Source: a virus. From it: DNA of 64,000 bases. The notes under the pieces are model-generated. The model was given only the letters and a program-made list of their open reading frames with translations. It did not search any database and had not been told where the DNA came from. Both the position numbers and the translations under genes were made by a program. Of this stretch, positions 58,231 to 64,000 are shown in pieces. The DNA lies in the IMG/VR virus record IMGVR_UViG_3300032315_000601, positions 6,181 through 70,180 of that record, one strand, 5' to 3'. How positions within the stretch are numbered: position 1 is the stretch's first letter; each line of letters starts with the position of its first letter.

Positions 58231-59116
58231 CTGATGTCTCGGTTCCTAGCGCGAGTTCGTTAGTTGGGGAACCTGTCACACGCGCTTCATGCCAGTTTCC
58301 TGTTACAATATTACGGAGTAAAAGCCTTCCGGTTGCAAGATCTACTTTATACCTATTCGTAGAAATTGAAAAGCCCACGGGGGGAGAGCTTCCAAGGGAT
58401 ATGGTAGTACCATCGGTGCCGCGAAGCAGGACGTTAATCCACTCTCCCGTATCATCATTTTTAATCTGTAAAATACCGTTGGTGATCCGGACAAAATCGT
58501 CGGAAAGCGAAGAAATCTCGGACACTGGGCCGAGGACAGGATCGCCTAAGAAGAAAGTAGCATTTTCACCTACGCCAGTTACGACTAGCTCTCTCCATTC
58601 GTTTTTGTCGATATTTCGAATAAGAAGTCCGTTCGTATCGGATATGCCGACATAGACTCCAGTAAAATCGGCGTCTGCTAGTCGATAACCACTATTAACC
58701 AACGTATAGTCAAATTCGACTTCTGTTATGTAAGACGGGGTGCTGGCTTGGATTATTCCGAGAAAAGACGAGGACGGCGAGTCATTGCCTACAGCAGCGT
58801 CGAGATTGAGGGCTTGTCGGTATACATTTCCAGCAACGGAAACTTGGGCGGAATAGTAAGCTATTCCGGGGGTATTAAAATCTGCAGTCCTAGAAAAATT
58901 AACTAAGCTCCACAAAGCTTGAGTATCGCGGCGTCTGGGTTTTTTAACTAAAAATTTTAGAGAAGTAGGGCCTACACGCCCCCCTCCGCTACGGTAGACG
59001 GCTACCCGTAGATCGTATTGATCGCCATACTTATCGACCCAAGCAGAAAATGGTCGCGGATCATTGATCCAGCGACTCAGGGTTCCGCTATCTAGGTCTA
59101 CAGCTAGGCTTTTCAT
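58223..59116 (-). CDS. Putative tail/baseplate-like structural protein
   Basis: 297 aa with three G.L.I(R/K)N....W.E repeats. Confidence 0.6.
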   Translation of the reverse strand: MKSLAVDLDSGTLSRWINDPRPFSAWVDKYGDQYDLRVAVYRSGGGRVGPTSLKFLVKKPRRRDTQALWSLVNFSRTADFNTPGIAYYSAQVSVAGNVYRQALNLDAAVGNDSPSSSFLGIIQASTPSYITEVEFDYTLVNSGYRLADADFTGVYVGISDTNGLLIRNIDKNEWRELVVTGVGENATFFLGDPVLGPVSEISSLSDDFVRITNGILQIKNDDTGEWINVLLRGTDGTTISLGSSPPVGFSISTNRYKVDLATGRLLLRNIVTGNWHEARVTGSPTNELALGTETSDV

Positions 59117-59208
59117 TATCTTGGGGTTTTTCTTTTCGAGGTTTTTTTCTCTTAATCTTTACCACGCGAGGATACTCATCTTCTTTGTATGGGTCAAACT
59201 TTGGCATC

Positions 59209-59391
59209 TTAAAACTCCACTTTTCCTTTAACTATTATTGTCTTGATAGGTTTCCTTAAAGTTTTCCCAAGCTTAAAATCGAGCTTAATAGATGCCAGCA
59301 AGCGAAGCCAAAGAGGACGTTTATCAAGGTAAATTTGACGGCGATGCTCATTGTACTTGATTACGGCGTCTATTCTTTGTTGTTTATTCAC
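59209..59391 (-). CDS. Small basic lysis-region protein
   Basis: GTG start, DKRPLWLRLLASI, ends KGKVEF. Confidence 0.55.
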   Translation of the reverse strand: MNKQQRIDAVIKYNEHRRQIYLDKRPLWLRLLASIKLDFKLGKTLRKPIKTIIVKGKVEF

Positions 59392-59698
59392 CAGTCGCAG
59401 GCAAAGCTTTTCGGACTTCAACGTACGTGACAGGCCCCGGAACACCGTCTTGCGGAGTGTTCACAAGTGCTTGAATCTTTTTGATTCCGTCAGTCTGAAC
59501 TGCGTTGGTGTAATAGTTAACCAGAGTTAAAATAGCTGCTACTACAAAACCCGTGACCGCTGTCTGATCAATTTGACTGGCCAATCCTGCGTCAAGCGCG
59601 GCTAGTTTAGCCACAAGTGCGCCTACGGCGGTAGCAATAATGGGGGCCATAATGCCCCCGGCGCGGGATACCAAGAATGAGATGATTGAATTTTTCAT
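59384..59698 (-). CDS. Holin-like membrane protein
   Basis: Two TM helices; C-terminal QALVN...DGVPGPVT resembles a PG-binding fragment. Confidence 0.55.
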   Translation of the reverse strand: MKNSIISFLVSRAGGIMAPIIATAVGALVAKLAALDAGLASQIDQTAVTGFVVAAILTLVNYYTNAVQTDGIKKIQALVNTPQDGVPGPVTYVEVRKALPATGE

Positions 59699-59982
59699 CG
59701 TTCCTCCAATTTCAATTTCTGTACAGCGGACTCAATTGTAAGCCGGATCAGGCTCTCTGTAGCAACAATACCGAGTTCAGAAGCCGCCGAGGTTAACTTG
59801 CGCACAGCGGCTTCCCGTTTCTGGGCTCCGGTTTTGTCTGTCTCAGCCAAAGACCGTACAACTTCTAGGGCAAAGGGGAGTAGTGAGGCTACCCCTGAGG
59901 CGAACAACTGTCTTAGTACCGGAAGATAGAAATTTAACAACGCCGTACTGATTCCGTAGATTTTTGCCAGTAATGTTTTCAT
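59695..59982 (-). CDS. Holin-like protein (LL-H-like)
   Basis: TGAQKREAA and IESAV motifs. Confidence 0.55.
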   Translation of the reverse strand: MKTLLAKIYGISTALLNFYLPVLRQLFASGVASLLPFALEVVRSLAETDKTGAQKREAAVRKLTSAASELGIVATESLIRLTIESAVQKLKLEER

Positions 59983-59984
59983 AG

Positions 59985-60197
59985 TCAGTTATGGATAGAA
60001 CTTTTGAATGCGGTTAGGATTGCAGTTACGGTAGCACCAATAGCTGCAGAAATGCCAATAAGATGTGAGCGGTAATTCTCCAAATTTTTGATGCGATCAT
60101 CATGTTTCTCAAATAGTGAACGAAACGTGGACTGGTTGTCTAAAACAACATCCAGCTTTGTTTCGAGTCTAACTAGTCTTTCTACGTCTTCGTTCAT
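59985..60197 (-). CDS. XhlA/holin-like protein
   Basis: ERLVRLETKLD coiled coil, RIKNLE, C-terminal TM helix. Confidence 0.6.
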   Translation of the reverse strand: MNEDVERLVRLETKLDVVLDNQSTFRSLFEKHDDRIKNLENYRSHLIGISAAIGATVTAILTAFKSSIHN

Positions 60198-60240
60198 TTT
60201 CGTTGGGGTAAAAGTTTACTGGGTCAATATTTAAAGTCAA

Positions 60241-61608
60241 CTATGAAGAAAAATCAGTGAAACCCGAAAGATTGGTGAATTGCAAAGAATGGCCTTCTGA
60301 TCCAACATAATCAATAGCATTTTGAATCTCTGTTAAAGCATCGCCTAAAAACGGCCCTGCTGCTGGGGCGAGGTGCTTCATAGAAAACATTAAGTCGCCA
60401 TTAACAACATAGAAACAGGGAAGTCCGCTATCCCCACCTTGGATGCCAGATGGCTGGCCGTTGTAATCATTAAATTGCCCCCCGAAATAACTGTTATCTG
60501 CTGGCCCTCCGTTCATTGCCGCTGCGCTAACACTGCCACTTGAGGAAACGCCCCACTGAATAGCGGAAGAGTAAATATACGCATATCTATTCGCTCTCTG
60601 TAGCGGCCATGCAGAGTCCCAGCGATAATGACTCATCACAACCATCGGGACATATCTTGCCGCGAAATAAAACGACAGAGTAGGAGTGCCAGTAATCGGG
60701 TAGTCTCTTGGCAGATAAGACTTCCAATTAGATGGAGGTAGTTTGTATTTTTTAACAGAAGCGGGAACGTCAGAATCAAACTTAACAACTCTAACATCTG
60801 CCCCTGCATTACGAACAGCAGTTACGGTTCTCTCAACTGTATTGTTATTTGCGTCACAAAAATAAATTTTATCTCCAACAAGGGGTCCACCATTTGGGTC
60901 TGCTGGTGGAGCGTAGTGTGCCGCTCCAATTGCATGGCGGGGTGTAACCATAACAACACTAGTTATCCCCCCACTTCCAACTTTGTTTATCGAAACACCA
61001 GAAAAATCTAGTTCCGACCCCCAAAATCCAGAATTTTTAACGAACGTATTGTTAGTTTGGTTAAAAGTTGAATAAATTTGATAATGATTCGGAGAAGATG
61101 TGGCTCCGTCAGCAATTGACGAAACTTGATTATAAACATGCTTTGCCAAAGATCCATTGGTATGATTTTGAAATGTATAAACTGGAGAGGCGGCTTGGCT
61201 ATATGTGGTAAAACTATCAGCAATACGCTCAGAGTTAGACAGTTCTACTTCAACGCTTACTAATCCAGTAGATTGATAAGTTAGTTTTAGTGGATTTTCT
61301 GAGGTTGGATTGGATAAAATATTTGTATCCAAGCTTTTTACAGACTTTAAGCTCCAAAAAGTTTCGCGCCCAACAATAGAAACCTCGCAGTCAGATATCG
61401 ATGTATCAAACGTTTCTTTTTCGTAATTAATATCACCAATAATCTCTGTTGTAGTACCCGTGGGAGAATCCACCCCCCGCATAGATGGAAGCGCAAAAAT
61501 GTCAACAGACCTGTTGGAAACCAATTGTTTTGCAAACTGACGCGCAAAACTTGATGTAGTGGCTAAACCACAATCAATCGGGTGGTTGATCGAGGGCTGG
61601 ATTGCCAT
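60241..61608 (-). CDS. Trypsin-like serine protease domain protein
   Basis: VTPRHAIGAAHY (His), ADVRVVKF (Asp), GGDSGLP (Ser). Confidence 0.75.
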   Translation of the reverse strand: MAIQPSINHPIDCGLATTSSFARQFAKQLVSNRSVDIFALPSMRGVDSPTGTTTEIIGDINYEKETFDTSISDCEVSIVGRETFWSLKSVKSLDTNILSNPTSENPLKLTYQSTGLVSVEVELSNSERIADSFTTYSQAASPVYTFQNHTNGSLAKHVYNQVSSIADGATSSPNHYQIYSTFNQTNNTFVKNSGFWGSELDFSGVSINKVGSGGITSVVMVTPRHAIGAAHYAPPADPNGGPLVGDKIYFCDANNNTVERTVTAVRNAGADVRVVKFDSDVPASVKKYKLPPSNWKSYLPRDYPITGTPTLSFYFAARYVPMVVMSHYRWDSAWPLQRANRYAYIYSSAIQWGVSSSGSVSAAAMNGGPADNSYFGGQFNDYNGQPSGIQGGDSGLPCFYVVNGDLMFSMKHLAPAAGPFLGDALTEIQNAIDYVGSEGHSLQFTNLSGFTDFSS

Positions 61609-61610
61609 AA

Positions 61611-62726
61611 TTAAGAAAGCTCAACTTCTGTGGCGCGAACAATTGCAACCCAACGCAAATTGGTAGAAGCTAAACCTGTTACGGAAATGTTTAGTAAGTC
61701 GTTGGTATCGTTGGCGGTCAATTCAACGTTAAGCCCAGCACTGGATTCGTAATCCGTTCCTATGGCTGTAATAGAACCAATTAGCTCAGTTGTTCCTCCG
61801 ACATTGCGGATTCCAAATTTTCTGATGTAATGAGCGGCTTCTGCTCCGGTGGATTCCTGAATGGCACAAATGTCTACTTGTCCGAACATCGCCAAGTTGC
61901 TTGGAATTGTTACAAACTTTTCAATGCCACCAGTTGCGTCAAGAACCATGTTTGCTGGAGTACTGTTTGTGGTTCTTTGTTTTAAGATAAGTTCAATAGA
62001 TTGAACTCTTTCGCTTGGGCCAAAGTTTGCAACATTATTAAATGTTCCATGGGAAAGCATGCCCATCCTGTCTGAAGTGCCGTTAAACCCAACGCAGTAA
62101 CCCTCGCTGATATTTGATCCAAAAGAAAAAGAATTGGCTCCAGATATTGTTTTAGAAGCACATCCCAAGGCAAGAGATTGAAAACCGCTACAAACAGTAT
62201 TGACTGAACTCAAAACTACTGAATTCTGTCCGCTAGCGGTTGAGCGGTTAGATCCAGCTATAAAAGAAAGCTTCCCAGATGCTACCTGTGTAGAATTAAC
62301 CCTCTCCCCCTGCAAATCAACAGCACCGTGCCCTCTTGTGCCGCCAGCAACAAATGGCCCACCAACAAACGTGCCTCCTATTGCCTCAACCTCGCTACTT
62401 ACAAATATTCTCCCAGCCGCTGGGATGGAAAATCCGCCCCCTGTCGGGTCCCGCAGTGTTCCGTCCAAGGGGAATTTACTGACATTGATACCTCCTAACG
62501 CAAGGCCGTCACCAACTTTTAGTTTTTTGGTATCAGTTTCCCAGACTGGCTCACCCGCTAAAGGAGTAATTGCCGTCACTTCTGCTGCCGTCCCCCTGCG
62601 TACTTGTAGGTTGGCGGGGGAGGTCATGTCTACCCAGCCTGTATCTTTCCTCCCGTAAATAATTCCGTCTTCGGGAGCCTCTTCCGCTACTGCTGGATAG
62701 GGATAAAATGAAGAGAGGTTAGCCAT
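61611..62726 (-). CDS. Tail fibre with Mtd/hyaluronidase-type N-terminal domain
   Basis: EAPEDG..YGRK...W, LQVRRGTAAE...GEP..ETDTKKLKVGDG, AVDLQ..R...VASG. Confidence 0.78.
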   Translation of the reverse strand: MANLSSFYPYPAVAEEAPEDGIIYGRKDTGWVDMTSPANLQVRRGTAAEVTAITPLAGEPVWETDTKKLKVGDGLALGGINVSKFPLDGTLRDPTGGGFSIPAAGRIFVSSEVEAIGGTFVGGPFVAGGTRGHGAVDLQGERVNSTQVASGKLSFIAGSNRSTASGQNSVVLSSVNTVCSGFQSLALGCASKTISGANSFSFGSNISEGYCVGFNGTSDRMGMLSHGTFNNVANFGPSERVQSIELILKQRTTNSTPANMVLDATGGIEKFVTIPSNLAMFGQVDICAIQESTGAEAAHYIRKFGIRNVGGTTELIGSITAIGTDYESSAGLNVELTANDTNDLLNISVTGLASTNLRWVAIVRATEVELS

Positions 62727-62764
62727 TTTGTTATCTTATTATGATTCGGGGTTGGAGACTATAC

Positions 62765-63229
62765 TTATGTTTCGGGGTTCTGACTGGAGAGTATGGCCAA
62801 GGCTTCGCCGCTTGCTTCTTCAAACGTATACGGACTGGATGGCCAGTCATTACGCTTCTGCTCTGGCGCGGTCACGCCTGCAACGATCATTGTGTCGAGC
62901 CATGCTTGTACGGCTACGAGCTTTGGCGAAACCAGTTGAACGGAGTCCAGTTTTAACTTTAGGTATAGCAGGGTTGTTGTGCGGTTGCCCGTAACCCCTT
63001 GCTCACCCACCCACTCTTCGGCGGTTACGCTCGGCAACGGCGTAGGCACCAGCGCCCTCGTCTCCTCGTCCCAGATGAGGCTGCCGTTTTGCAGTCCTTC
63101 GCCTTCGGCATCCGTGAGCGTGAGCGCGGTGAGGTGTTCGGGCAGCGGGTCGGCAATAGCGCAAAGCGGCGTGGCGATGCTGACGCTTGCTCCTGTGGCG
63201 GTATTATAAAGAAGTTTCCAGTTTTGCAT
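62765..63229 (-). CDS. Putative tail fibre assembly/accessory protein
   Basis: 154 aa from MQNWK, IWDEETRAL motif, lies between fibre genes. Confidence 0.55.
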   Translation of the reverse strand: MQNWKLLYNTATGASVSIATPLCAIADPLPEHLTALTLTDAEGEGLQNGSLIWDEETRALVPTPLPSVTAEEWVGEQGVTGNRTTTLLYLKLKLDSVQLVSPKLVAVQAWLDTMIVAGVTAPEQKRNDWPSSPYTFEEASGEALAILSSQNPET

Positions 63230-63230
63230 G

Positions 63231-63998
63231 TTAGGGGATGCCGATGAGGCAGAAGCCATATTTGTTTGGGTTGGCGGCGATGTCGTGCCTTACAGCGAGG
63301 CGACTTCCAGCGGGGATGTTGCGCCCCAACAAGTATGAAGCAGGAAGAACCATGCCAGCCGTCTCGTTGTTGGTGACGGCGTATCGCGTTGCGCCAAAAG
63401 CCACTTCGGCACCAGACGCACCAACGCCAACCTCATATGTTCGCGTAGTAAGGTTAGCGGTATCGCTATCGTGAATAGAAATAACAGGGCACACGGCGCG
63501 ATAGGCGCGAGACGTTGAGGCGGTGGCCACATTCCACTGTCCGCTTGCTCCAGAAAACTCGGTGCCCTTACTGGTGGCCGTGCTGGTGCCGATCACATCA
63601 ACACTTGTCGGGGCAGTGGAATACCCTCCTGCGTCAATTGCTACAACAGTGACCCTTGCTGTTTTACCGCCAGTAACAACAGACTGAATGCGCGTTGAAA
63701 TGCGGGTTCCGCTGGGGACTTGAATTGGGACGCCAATAACTGCTCCTTGAAGACCGCCCCCCGCTGTCGCGCCACCGATAGCAACATTGCCAATGGCCAC
63801 AGTTTCTGAACCCGATGCCCCGAATCCAATGTCAATAAGCGTAGCTGTATCGGTGTTTGTGGCGGCCACGTTGACCACGGTAATGTATAGGAACGACGCA
63901 TTGGCTGATGTCGCGGTTATAACTGGCGACCAAGCTCCCTTGGTGTGAGCGGCGGTATTGGCAACTGGATCGACGTTGCCAGAGATATTTATAAAGTT
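63231..63998 (-). CDS. Putative structural protein (5' end beyond right edge)
   Basis: Frame open to the edge; two repeats (IGFGASGSE...IQVPSGTRI / VGVGASGAE...IPAGSRL). Confidence 0.65.
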   Translation of the reverse strand, partial: NFINISGNVDPVANTAAHTKGAWSPVITATSANASFLYITVVNVAATNTDTATLIDIGFGASGSETVAIGNVAIGGATAGGGLQGAVIGVPIQVPSGTRISTRIQSVVTGGKTARVTVVAIDAGGYSTAPTSVDVIGTSTATSKGTEFSGASGQWNVATASTSRAYRAVCPVISIHDSDTANLTTRTYEVGVGASGAEVAFGATRYAVTNNETAGMVLPASYLLGRNIPAGSRLAVRHDIAANPNKYGFCLIGIP

Positions 63999-64000
63999 GA

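Noticed and set aside
61611-62726. Diversity-generating retroelement target
   Set aside because: Only the Mtd N-terminal domain is present; no reverse transcriptase or TR/VR pair is visible in the window

Overview
The whole window is part of a tailed dsDNA phage genome, probably podovirus-like and temperate. The integrase style and the A-rich leaders lacking Shine-Dalgarno (SD) sites suggest a Verrucomicrobia/PVC-type host (inference). Left to right: (-) portal running off the left edge, a glycosyltransferase-like ORF and terminase large subunit; (+) tyrosine integrase, RuvC, an SF2 helicase fused in frame to a Cas4-like nuclease, putative SSB, family A DNA polymerase (Leu762 type), DUF1599 and primase-helicase; a G-rich inverted-repeat region that is probably the origin, followed by a highly structured non-coding leader; an early region with a lone (-) terminase small subunit, tRNA-Cys, DUF6878/DUF6915, MoxR AAA + metallopeptidase-vWA + DUF3150-like, Nmad5-like and GP88-like genes; HNH and PD-(D/E)XK nucleases, split DUF5872 and a sugar-modification cluster (GT-like genes, methyltransferases, RmlC, dCMP deaminase); then a (-) virion/lysis arm (2966-aa internal protein, tail proteins, endolysin, holins, fibres, trypsin-like protease) entering from the right edge. 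No capsid gene, repressor, CRISPR array or reverse transcriptase is visible. The most unusual signals are several candidate structured RNAs (one with SD/anti-SD, in-frame tandem stops and a pseudoknot), phased 8-nt repeat arrays at early-gene junctions, a tail-region protein with a permuted TPM/YgcG module, and a fibre-like protein with a signal peptide. All family names come from motif recognition by eye, not from database searches.
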